A stretch of 64,000 nucleotides of DNA, taken from Cercozoa sp. M6MM. Lineage: Eukaryota > Protista > Endomyxa: Ascetosporea. The notes under the pieces are model-generated. The model was not told where the DNA came from, made no database searches, and was given only the letters and a program-made list of their open reading frames with translations. The position numbers and the translations under genes are program-made. The DNA is taken from NCBI GenBank assembly GCA_040357565.1, contig JBDODJ010000002.1; one strand, written 5' to 3'. Shown here piece by piece: positions 38,919 to 50,321 of this stretch; within the stretch, counting starts at the first letter, position 1, and every line of letters begins with the position of its first letter.

Positions 38919-41094
38919 ATGTCGAAGCTGCTGCGAAATGCGAAGCGTCGAGCAAAAGGCGCGAAAGCCGTTCGCTTTGAATTTTCTCTCGAGGTGCAGG
39001 TAGCGTGTGTGTGTGTGTGTCTTGGTGCTTTGCGCTGAGACGAAGGATTCGACTCAATGTTTTGCAGACGCTAAAACTCGGAGCAGATGTGGCTGATCCA
39101 ATGCAACTGCAATGGACGAGAGGCAGGTACTTTATCTTGTTGGTCCCAGTGGTTGTTCAAACTGTGTCTTCATTGTAGCAAGGCGGCTGTAACGGATTTT
39201 GTTGAACCTGTCAACAGCGTACGTTGCTTTTTTGGCCTCCATGTTGTTTACTGTGTGATCGCAAGTAGACTATAAATTGGAACACACGATTGGACCTCGT
39301 GGTGACCTTGTTCGCCGACAAAAACATCGATGACCCTGAAACTGTATTGAGCTCTTATTTCCACGGCAGTCCGTTTTGTTTTACGAACTTAAATTCCCGC
39401 AGGTCAAGTTCGCTTCAAAGAACTCAAAGATTGCAGTCGTAGCAAAAACAATTCGTGGTATAACAGTATCTTTTCGTCTCAGTTGGGGTACTCGGTGCAT
39501 TGCTCATGCAGGTAGCAAACGTGTGGGTCGCTGTCAGATTGATCTTAGTGAGTATGCGGCACTGACGCATAACACATGCCGGCCTGCTCATATCTTGGTA
39601 GTCTCATATTTGTGCTCAAACCTGAGTGGAGCTAGAACTTCTTTTTTGCAGCTGGAAAAGTGCAACAAACCATGTGAGCTATCAGTTGTTGTTCACGCTC
39701 GTCCGTTGGATTTGGATGTCGATACTGAGGTGTGCAAACAAACAAGTGCAGATGTATATATAGATTTACTCTGTCGATCTGTGCGTTTCCAGGAGACACC
39801 TTCGGTGGCCTCGGACAGGTCAATGTCGATGATGTCAATGTCTACGATGGCGATGTCACCTGCCCCCTCGACGTCCCCTGCACCGTCGCTACACCGACGT
39901 GCTCTTGCTCATATGTGCGTTTCTTTGCTTATTTTTACTCGCATTTGCTCAGGTGCGCCATCGGCGCGCAAGAATTTGTTCGCGCGCACTGATAGCGTCG
40001 ACTCAAAGTCACATCAGCTTTTCGCGACTTCGTGTGTTTTCTTCGCATTTGTGTATAAATTTTTTAAATGTTGATTGAGTTGTGTAGCGAGAATGACACT
40101 GTATCCGACAAGCCCGCTCCAGCATCTGACACACCCAAGGTATTTTGTCTAATTCCGGTTGTGTACCCCCCTACCCCTTTTATCCCGTTATCCTTTTTTT
40201 TCTGCAGGAGGCGAAAACGCAGAATGACAAGAGTTCTAAACCAACGCACCAGCGAAAGGCTGAAACGCCGAAACGTGATACCAAGACAGAAACGCAGGTT
40301 GAACCTTCCTTGTCGGCTCAAACGCAACCAATCGAACCGTCGGTACCATCGATCTCAAGAATGCGACTTTTTTTTTGTATGTCGGTATAATAGACTGAGG
40401 ACGCTTCAAAGCGCGCTAGTCGCTCTAGTTTTGTTTCTTCGCGTCGCACGCGCTCGGTAGCAAAGGACTCTGTTGCATGTATTTCTGTCCGATTGTCGTT
40501 TTTGCAGTTGAAGAGTGTTGAGAGTCAGACGCGTGCATTGTCTCCCGTGCTGCCTGTTAGTCAAGAAACACATGTCTCCCACAAACCGGCACTTGAGTTG
40601 GTGTGTTTTAATAACCCGTTGACTCTTTTTCCTGTCCGCACTTGAAGGACGCTTCAGGAAATTGAAAAGCTGCGGTCACAGCTGCGTGACGCCGAATCGA
40701 AACTCGAAAAGGAGCAGATTGCCAGGAGGTGTGCTTCGTCTTGTCTGGGGCTGTAGTGTTTGTTTCAATCCAAAACACACACCACAGAAAATTGGCGGAC
40801 ACTTTCGATGTGACGACGCGCATGCTCGAACAGCGAATCGAGCAGCTGCAGGCGAAATACAATAGTAAATTTTATCTATGAGTTGTTTGAAGAACTCCAA
40901 GAATCACGTTTGTTTTCTTGTTTGTAGAGAGCAAGGAGGATGTATTGGATGCGCGCTCGCGCTACGCGTCGCTGGAGGTGACGCTGGTGCGCGTCAAGTG
41001 TCAGCTCGTCGACGCTGTCGACCGTGTCAATGTGCTCGAACTGGAGAACGGACAGATGCAAGATCAGTTGCTGCGTATGGCCGAAGGCTTGTAG
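38919..41094 (+). CDS. NT-C2 (EEIG1/EHBP1-type N-terminal C2) domain protein with coiled-coil tail
   Basis: MSKLLRNAKRRAKGAKAVRFEFSLE, LQWTRG, LDLVVTLF, KRVGRCQIDLSEYA. Confidence 0.7.
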
Positions 41095-41671
41095 TTTCAG
41101 TTGCTCATATTTAAGTGGGACTCTCCCCGAAAACAAAGGGTTCGTAATTGCGCCGTAATCACTGGAGCCAAAAAACATGCTTAACTTGCCCGAAAAGCTC
41201 TGGGCCAAGATTGCATTTCAACGGGTGTCATTGAACATTTTTCCGTAGAGATTTCCAGGCGACATGTCGGAAAATCGTGAATGTGAAATCAAGTGCACTT
41301 GTTCTCAACTTGGCGACATCTGACACCATGTTTAGTGGAAACATGTGAACCTTACATGCATCTCTTTTGCACATGGTCAGTGGCGATGCAAAATTTACGT
41401 TGGGAATGGCTGCACTTTCGTGAGTCTCCTCCTTGGAAATTTGTGCATGTAAACTTACCTGGCAACAGAACGGAATTTCTGGTGGTTGCAAACGGTCATT
41501 CGATTCCTGATTGTGAGTGGTTGAGCAGGTACGTAATATACTATTTCCTTTTCCGTCGAAGTGTATCGGTTTCAGCAACGGTGCGATCCGCCTGTTCGCA
41601 CCAAGGCTAAACGTCGTCGTACACGCGCCACTGCTGCTCGTGTCGACTGACTTCACTGAAAGTGCGCTAAA

Positions 41672-42212
41672 ATGACCGAAGCAGACCTCTCTCTGTTTTC
41701 AATAAACACCCAGACCGAACAAAAAGTTGGGTTTTAAGGCATCAGGCATCACAGTGAATCTCGCTCGAGACGCTGGCCTGAACGACGCCATTCTGGAGAG
41801 ACTGCGGCCACAGACCAGAACGCACCAGGACGCGCTGGCTGTGGGTTTAAACAACAACTGTGGTAGTGACCAACAATCAGAGTGGCAGTTTCTCATGATC
41901 TCATGGTTGTTTCGAGAATGACCAACATGGTTTTACGAAAAACCGCATCAAAAGCTATTGGGTGCTATACGAAGCACTTAGTGTGCATGTGTTGGTAGAC
42001 GTGTTCTGTGCGTGCTCAAATGCTCTCGGTACGCGTGCAATACGGGTTCAAGTTTACCGACAGACGTTGAGTCGGTTTTGTGGCAACTTGGAAATGGATT
42101 TTCTCGCTTTAGAACCAGCCCGAAGACAACGGCGCGCAAGTCGGAAGCGAGGACACCTATGGCATCAGTCTGCGGTCGGCCCGTACTTGGAGGCCACCTT
42201 ACTGGAGTAAAT

Positions 42213-42281
<69 letters not shown>

Positions 42282-43455
42282 NNNNNNNNNNNNNNNNNNN
42301 NNNNNNNNNNNNNNNNNNNNNNNNNNNNNNNNNNNNNNNNNNNNNNNNNNNNNNNNNNNNNNNNNNNNNNNNNNNNNNNNNTCGAGAAGTGGTTGAGGAG
42401 GGTCAAACAATTTTGCTGCTGCCTGTGCACAGATCAGCAAGTCGCCGCTCAACGAGACTAGTGAGAACGAGGACATGTTGGGTCGCGAGAAGGTGTGCAC
42501 AATAGCTCAACGCCATTGGAGATTGACAGATACGTGTTTCTGTCTGTGTTTAGGTCCTCTCCTTGTACATGTCACTGGTCAACAGTCTTGACGTGAGCTC
42601 AAACCAAGAGGTACTAAATTTACAGTTCCCCTGTGGACGGTGCTGTTGCCCCGTCATCTTGCTCCCTTGCAGTGTGCTGACTTGGCAAGAAGTTGGGTGT
42701 GCCTCTGGCTTGTACCACGTGTCGTCCAAGTGGAACTGATCGACAATGACACTCGACCACTCGCAGCAGGACATGGGGCTGTCGAGTTTTTCCGGCAGCC
42801 CATCTGCATGGTAATTTACTCCCTTCGAGTCCTTATTCTTTGCTCACATAAACTTGCTCATGCTGTACCCCGAGTAGTCGACTTGCGAATACATGTTCGC
42901 AAAGTGCCCTGAGATTCCACAACTCCTTGTTCGCTTCAAACTCAGTGGTGAGTTGTAGCTGCGAGAATATCCTGTCTCACAGATAACAATGCGATGGTTT
43001 AGACCAGTGCAAGGGCTACACGTTCAGTGACTCGTACTTCAATCGTCGCTGGAGTGAGCCGAATCGCTTCTTGCGACAGAATGAACATGTGCGACATACT
43101 TTGCCTATTCTACCTTGTTGGTTGTAATTTAATGGGGGTTTCGCGTAGTACGAAGCCTTTGCACGACCAAGTGCTCAAAACGTCACCGACAACTACGTTC
43201 GCACCGATGTGAGATCTGTGTGGTCTTGTTGTTCGGTCAATCAGGAGGGATGTGTTTTATCTGGGCAGCCGGACGACTGGGGCAACTCGTCGGTGATCTT
43301 TTCGGAGGCCACGCGAGTGCAGGTAGCCTGGTCTGCTTCTTTCCTTCCTTTATCCCTGTTCCTTTCCGTTCATCCCTTGCTTTCGCAGGCGTGGCAGAAC
43401 GACAGCGACACGGCCTATACGCCCTTCGATGTCGCCAACATGACAAAGTAGGACA

Positions 43456-43498
<43 letters not shown>

Positions 43499-43508
43499 NN
43501 NNNNNNNN

Positions 43509-43554
<46 letters not shown>

Positions 43555-44599
43555 GATGCGGACTATATGTGATAGAGTAAAAATACTGGGCGACGAGCAA
43601 GTGCTCAAAGACGAGCAAGCCTATGCCTCTCAGTTCGGCTACAGCAGCGGTATCGTTTTGCACTTTTACATGAAGATCGTTACTCCTAAGTTACTCTCTT
43701 AGGGCACTACTTTGTGCGCTCGGTGGACGGCGGCAGACACGAAGTCCCATGTGCGCCGATTCGTGCTGTGGTTCGTTCTCTTCTGTACTCCGGGTTTCGA
43801 TACCCAGTGTTTTATCTGCCCCTCGCGAGCAGGAAACTTCGGGTTCGGCCTTTTGTGGCTCGGATTATATGATGTCTGTCAAAGGCGGTAGTGCTTTCTT
43901 CTCCCATATAGCTATTATCGCCCTGTTCACTTGGACATGCCTCAGGCTGTGATCTCGTGTGCCCGACGCCGTTTTTATCACCGTCGGAGAACGATAGTCT
44001 CATCGACACGCGGATCGTACCTTCTTACCGTGTTTGTCGGGATGTTTAGCATTTATTCCTTCCCCCGCAGGCAGCAGGCTGGGTGATGATTGTGTGCACG
44101 CTACTAGTGCTGCTGCGCCTCTTTTTTGACAATGCGCGGCACAAGGCACGGTACTTCCTGTCATTTACCCTTCTTCAGTTTTAAACCCCTCTGTGCGTGT
44201 GTGTGTTCAAAGAAATGCACGCGTGCCGTTGTTACCCCCATTCCCAGCGCGTCTCGCAGTTCCGCTCTCCATTGTAGCCTTCCTGTGCATTTTTGAACCC
44301 TAAATTTATTAACCCTTCAATTCCCGAAGAGCTTCCTGCTGGTGGCCGTTTCGTTCGCGCTTCAGCCAGACACATGCGCGTCAGACACGGAGTACAACTC
44401 GTCGCAAGGCATCTGCAAGGCGCAGGCCTTTCTCTTCGTAAGCGGTACTGTCGTGCACTCGGTTCTACTGTTGAAGTAGCTATGGGACGGTATAGGCGCC
44501 GTCTCCACCGTGGCCTGGTGGTGCACCTTCGCTGTGTGTCTTTGTAAGTTTAATATTTTGTTGATGAGGTACGGGGATCAGAAGTACGGTGTGCTTGTC

Positions 44600-44652
<53 letters not shown>

Positions 44653-46249
44653 CGACAGGCGGCATGTTGAGTGACCATCGTTTCTTTACGACACTCGGCA
44701 AGAACCGCGAAGTCAACACGCGTCGATTGGAAGGTGTGTATGTGTATCACAGTGGCGAAGGGGTTAAATCGAGGAGGAACGGATTTGTATTGCTCACACA
44801 GTGTTGATGCACTCGATGTGCTGGCTGCCAGCCTTCCTCTGCGGCATTCTGCCTGTCGCTCTGGATCGAGTCCGATGGGTACCTACCCCTTTTGCTGCTA
44901 GCTGTTGTGCTCCGAGTTTACTAATTTACGATATTGTTGTTTAGAACGAAGGTGCCTCTATGTGTGCCATCGATACAAAGGTAAACTTACCACGCAATTT
45001 TTTCAGGTGTCGGTTGTGCAACATGTGCATACTGCTGTGCCTGGGTACAATGGTAGGACGGCGTTGCCCTATTCGTCGCGGTTCTGGTCGTGCCTTTTTT
45101 GCTGTGTCTGGTCGTCGGCGCCATTGCTGTCATTGTTGCTCTTGCACACGTCGTGCGTACTGAAAAGTAGCCCCCCCCCCCCAATAGTACCGTAACTGGT
45201 ATCTTTCCATATTTGTGGCAGGAGACTGCGACGATCGTCGTCTGCTACTGTCGTGGTGGCACGATGTATCCCCTGCTATTCCATTGTATCGTCATATCAT
45301 GCATTACTACCTGACATAGTCGCGATGTTCGTGCCGTGTTTCTTGGCAACGGCAGTGATCACCTTGGTGCTCGAAGTGCGACGACTCGGGATTCCGGGTG
45401 CACAATGACCACTATCTCATTCTGCAAAGGGCCTAACTTTGGACTCTGTTAACGCCAATGTGCAGGTGGAATCAGAGACGCCAAGAAAGCAGCTGTACTG
45501 GTATGAACTGATTGTCTCCTTGTGGCCCTTGTCTTGTTTTTGGTGTTTACCCCCCCCCCCCCGACAGTGCGCGACTGATATGTCGGAGCAACTGTCGAAC
45601 GGTGATTTCACCGACTTCACTCGCATTGGCGAACTAATCGACAGCTGCGTGAGCGGTAACTTTACCCAGTCAGTCAGTACTTCATTATTTTAGATACAAA
45701 CCGATCACCTGTGCGTGTGAACAGGTGCGCTCGACGACGCAGACACGGGTATCAGTTTCGGCGCCGAGATTGCATCGCTCACCATGTGTAGTCTAAGTCT
45801 TAGGCAATATTCACTGCAACAACATGATGTGATTGCGCAGGGATGCTAACGTGCCTGGTGGTAACGCTCGTGTTTGCGGTGCCGTTGCGAATGCTGCAAC
45901 GGTGCATTCGACGGCGGCGTGGCCAGAACTGTAAATTCACTTTGCTCCTGTCGAAAACCTTTTGTGTGCAACGAACCATTGCACGTGTTTTATTTGTAGC
46001 GAGTATGATGTCGACAACACCAAAGCGACAGGAGCATTGTATCAACACACCCATCACCTTTTTCTTGGGACCACTAAACATATTTCATTAGCCCGCACAT
46101 CGCGGCGCACGAACGATCGGTACTCGCGCAGCGTGGCAGGAGCGTCCGCCGCGGCCACTGGGACACGTGGAACTCAAGAAGGCACGCCGGTCAGGCATGA
46201 CGACACTGGAGACGCAACGACGGGCACCGCCGACATTGAAATGGATTAA
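41672..46249 (+). CDS. Frizzled/Smoothened-like 7TM receptor with cysteine-rich domain
   Basis: CRD-like CADLARSWVCLWLVP...PICM|STCEYMFAKC; linker CDLVCPTPFLS before TM1; GICKAQAFLF; HSMCWLPAFLCGILPV; terminal helix GMLTCLVVTLVF. Start uncertain. Confidence 0.7.
42214..42381. repeat. (CA)n microsatellite with assembly gap
   Basis: CA run followed by N block. Confidence 0.95.
43459..43553. repeat. (TG)n microsatellite, intronic, with small gap
   Basis: TG run interrupted by 10 N. Confidence 0.95.
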
Positions 46250-46513
46250 TTCGAATCGCCACTGGGGCTTTAACCGACGTGACTTCAGTCGCTGTTGAGT
46301 TAATTACATGCGATGCGCATGTACGCGGCAGATACGTATTTGACTCGCTCCGTCGCGCTACAGTTCCGCGCGGTACACGTCGGCGTAAATCACTACGTTC
46401 ATCTGATGCGATGTCTGGGCGGAATCTCGGTCTCATCTGCCGACGGACGGTACGGTAGTAAGTGATTACCACTGTTTCCGACCAACCTTGAAAATGTCCT
46501 AGCGTAGGGAACT

Positions 46514-48086
46514 TCAAAGGGGCGGAGAGTGATGGCCCCACAGCAGGCGATGGATCATGGCTATGCGCGCGCGGACCCCGATTGAAAGTTCAGCGCACTG
46601 ACGGTTAGTCCTAGGCCTGTTTGGCGCGCACAGCAGCGTTGCTTGCGTGCTCTGACGGTGACACCCTTCGCTGTTGTTGGCGGTACTGTTGGAAGGAGAG
46701 GTACAGCTGCCACAGCTGGAATCCCAGCGCTTGCAACACTGTACAAAAGCACTATACATCCGTCCGGCTCACTAGGATATTGCACAGTGTACACAGCAGG
46801 AAGGTGACGTTGTCGTATAGGTCGAACATGGCTAGCTGCGGAACGAACATGGCGAACGCATTGTTCATGACGTGCAGCACCACGCACTCCAGCACACTGC
46901 ACAGCGTTAGAGTTAGCTTTACACGAGGGAGATCAAGCAAAGTAGTGGTACCCAGACAGGTGCGCCCGCAGACCGAAATTGAGGCCACAGACGAGACCAA
47001 ACACAATCTGGAGCCACACATAGTGCCGCGACACCTGCGACGAACACAAAGTAAAAGGAAAGAGAGACAAGGAGCACGGAGAACGTAAAGCAAGGGTAAG
47101 TAGAAGAGTAAGTGTAAGAGTAAGAGAATAGTGCGGAGGGAGTAAGTAGCAAAGGGTAAGGGAAAATTAAAAGGGCAAGAGTAAAGGTAGGGCGAGGCAA
47201 AAGGGAGATCTAGGGCAGGCAGAAAAAGAAATGAGTACTGAAGCAGTGGCTGTATTGAGCGAGTGAAGCATAGCGAACAGCATGCTTTGCGTCGACACGG
47301 CGAACAGCACCGAATTCGTCATGTCCTAGAAAGGGAGAGGACTGTCTTTACTGGGCAGCGAAAAGCAGGAGGAATGTCTCAATAGGAAACGTACCTGTGC
47401 AGCCTGCAAGGCGAGCACGCGGAACACAAGTTCTTCTTTCAGCGGCGACAGCAAAACAACGGTGAGGACACGTGGCACACTCACGCCGCCCTCTGCATCC
47501 ACCAGAAGTGACTGAGACCACACAGACATGTAGACACTGGCACAAAGGCACCGACAGGGTCAACGATGTTGATTAGCGACAGTGATGGGTAGGACGTCGA
47601 TGGGACCTACAGCGCGCACTCCATCAATCAACTGGGTGAGAGATTCTTGTGTGCGTCCCTACCCAGGTGGTCAACGCGTAGTGCATGCCGAGTCCGACAA
47701 CACACAAAAGTAGGGCTCGTGCCACGTACGACACTTGCACTCTGCCCTGCCAATGATAAACACATCGCCAAATGAGACAGCAAAACAGCAAAAATTTGAA
47801 ACATACCCATCGAATGTCCTTGACTCGGAAGAACAGGTACGCACAGAACAAGATGTCACCGAGGCATGCGAGCAGGACGTGCGACGAGCTTTCTTTCAAT
47901 GAAGACACCTGAGCAAAGTCACATACATGTCAACAACAACACAAACGAGGAGAAACACGCGTTTCTCGACTGAGCGACCAGTACCGCACTTGCAAGCAAT
48001 AATCGGCAAATCGCAGGCCCATAGATCACTTCGATCTGCAGCGCTAAAAGCGCCAATAGGCCACCTGCACTGAGTTTAAACCCCAT
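46514..48086 (-). CDS. CPBP/Abi (Rce1-like, CAAX type II) intramembrane protease
   Basis: Motif 1 SPLKEELVFR, motif 2 LFAMLH, motif 4 CVVLHVMNNAF; multiple TM segments. Confidence 0.8.
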
Positions 48087-48212
48087 GCGCGCACGCCAAT
48101 CGCGTAAAAGCAGCGCGACAAGAAACAATGAAAGCTCGGAGCGCCGGTTTTCAAGCTGTGCAAAAAACAAAACAACATCACACCCTTCTTTTGAGTCTCC
48201 TTTACCGTGAAA

Positions 48213-48836
48213 ATGAAGTACAACAAGGCCGCCACCTCTGACCGCACCAAGCAGCGCAAGGCCGTACGTTTTTTGCGGATTTTGTGTTTTGTGTGCCACG
48301 CGCGTGATGCCGGTTTTTGCGTGCTCAGCACTTCCAGGCCACGTCGCTGCAGCGTCGCAAGATCATGTCGTCGACGCTGTCGCCGGAGCTCCGCAAGAAG
48401 TACGGCGTGCGCTCGGTGCCGATCCGCAAGGGTGACACCGTCATGGTGATGCGTGGCCACTACAAGGGCCGCGAGGGCAAGGTCATCCAGGTCTACCGCA
48501 AGAAGTACGTCGTTCACGTCGAGCGTGTCACGACCGACAAGACCAACGGTGCGTTTCCTCTACATCCGTGCGTTTCTTGGGGGTCCTGTGTTTTTTGTGT
48601 GTTTCTCTTTTTGAGTGGAGACACTCTCGGAGAGGAGCGATGGGGTGCACACCCTTCTGCTCGAGAACACCTCCGGGTAGTGTCGTTCGCTCACGTCGTG
48701 ATTGTCCTGCGCAGGCGCCACGGTCCCGGTTGGCCTGCACACGAGCAAGCTCATGATCACGGACCTGTTCCTCAACAAGGACCGCAAGGCCCTCCTGGCC
48801 CGCAAGGGTGGTGCCGCCGACGCCGACCTCGACTAA
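48213..48836 (+). CDS. RPL26: 60S ribosomal protein L26 (uL24)
   Basis: Three exons: [17 protein letters not shown]|[36 protein letters not shown]...[11 protein letters not shown]|[27 protein letters not shown]. Confidence 0.97.
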
Positions 48837-49130
48837 GTTCACGCGTTGTTGAGTGTCTTCGTCATTCTCGGTTGATTGGAGTCCCAAATACCTACTGGTT
48901 AGACTTATCCTCGCGGTTCCCGCCATCAGTTAAAGCCCTGTATTGCCTTCAGGCATTTCGCCACGGCGAACATGAACCACGGGTGTCTATTCACTGTCTG
49001 ACTTGGCGATTAAGAAAATTGAGCTTTGAGTCTTGTTCAATTTCACTGTCAGTTCTATGAGACGAAAACGCGTGTGGAGTGAGGGCGACGGCAAAGACAG
49101 AGGACGAAAGCCGAGGGACGGGCATTAGTT

Positions 49131-49900
49131 TTACTGCGACTTCTTGTCCTCAAATCGGCCGACAATGTCGTACTTGTTCTGCATCGTCTTGACCCCTGCG
49201 CAGAGCCCAGCAAAGATGGGAGCTGTGGTGTCGAGCAAGTGCACGGGAGAGGACAGGAAAGAGAGTACAGTCAGCGAGCGTCTGCTGCTGTTGCGCGTTC
49301 AGTGCGACGCCTGCGGGTGACTCACCGGCGCGCTCGAGCTCCATCGTAGCCAGTGCTACCGTGGCGTCCTTGCCTACACATGCCCATCATTCCTTCATGA
49401 GCGCACAAAGAATATAGGCAAACACGACTGTGAACCTGCAAAGGCGTGGTAGGCGCCTTCGGGCCCGTAGAAGGCAGGGCCGGTCTCGTGCGATGACATG
49501 TTGTACACGAGTCCATCAAGAGCGACGTAGATGTCTTCGCCCTCAGTGCCGTTGAAGGGAGTCAACTCTTCGGCGGTGAACACGCGATCCGGCACCTATT
49601 TTCAACCATACTGTTCACAACGTCTGCACATGGGAACAGAACAAGCCCACCTTCTTCTCGCCTTCCTGCTGTGTTTCCTGCTGCTGCTGTGGTTGCTTGA
49701 CAGGCTGCTTACCACCGCGCACGCACACATACACAAAGACGCCGGCCAGAGCAACACCTGAACACACAAAGTCACTGCTGCACATACACTGTCAGTCAGA
49801 GGGTGGTACCCGCGGCGTACTGGGCGAGCTGCACGTAATCGCACTCGCAGTTCTGCAGTTTCTGCTGCGCCGTCTCAAGCCAAGCAGTCAAGTGCTCCAT
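49131..49900 (-). CDS. MAPR family cytochrome b5-like heme/steroid-binding membrane protein
   Basis: N-terminal TM; RVFTAEELTPFNG, IYVALDGLVYNMS, FYGPEGAYHAFAG|KDATVALA, KYDIVGR. Confidence 0.9.
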
Positions 49901-50321
49901 TTACGCTTGTTCTCTGCCCAGTCACAACATACTTTCGCGAGGTGCCAAAAACATCATTCCAACGCCAACAGAATCACGTCAAGCTACGACTGAGCTAAAG
50001 CGCACATCAATCATATTAGATACCACAGACACACGTGTGCGCACGCCAGTAGGAAGTACTGCACTACAAAAGTTGCCCGCCTAACGCGCGGAGCCAAAAA
50101 ATTGTACAAACGGACCACGTTGGCAATGAGACACGCGTCCGGAACGGAAGCTTCGACTGGCTCAAAAACCGCGAACCGTGTCGTGGTGGCCAAGGGCAGC
50201 ACGTCAAGCTACAAATTTTGTCCGATTTCTACTCTGTAAGTGCCACAGAGTGCATTGTAACAGTCACAGAGCAAGAAAGAGCGTCGAGAGTTGAGTCTTG
50301 CAAGTAAAAAGGCCGAGAGTC

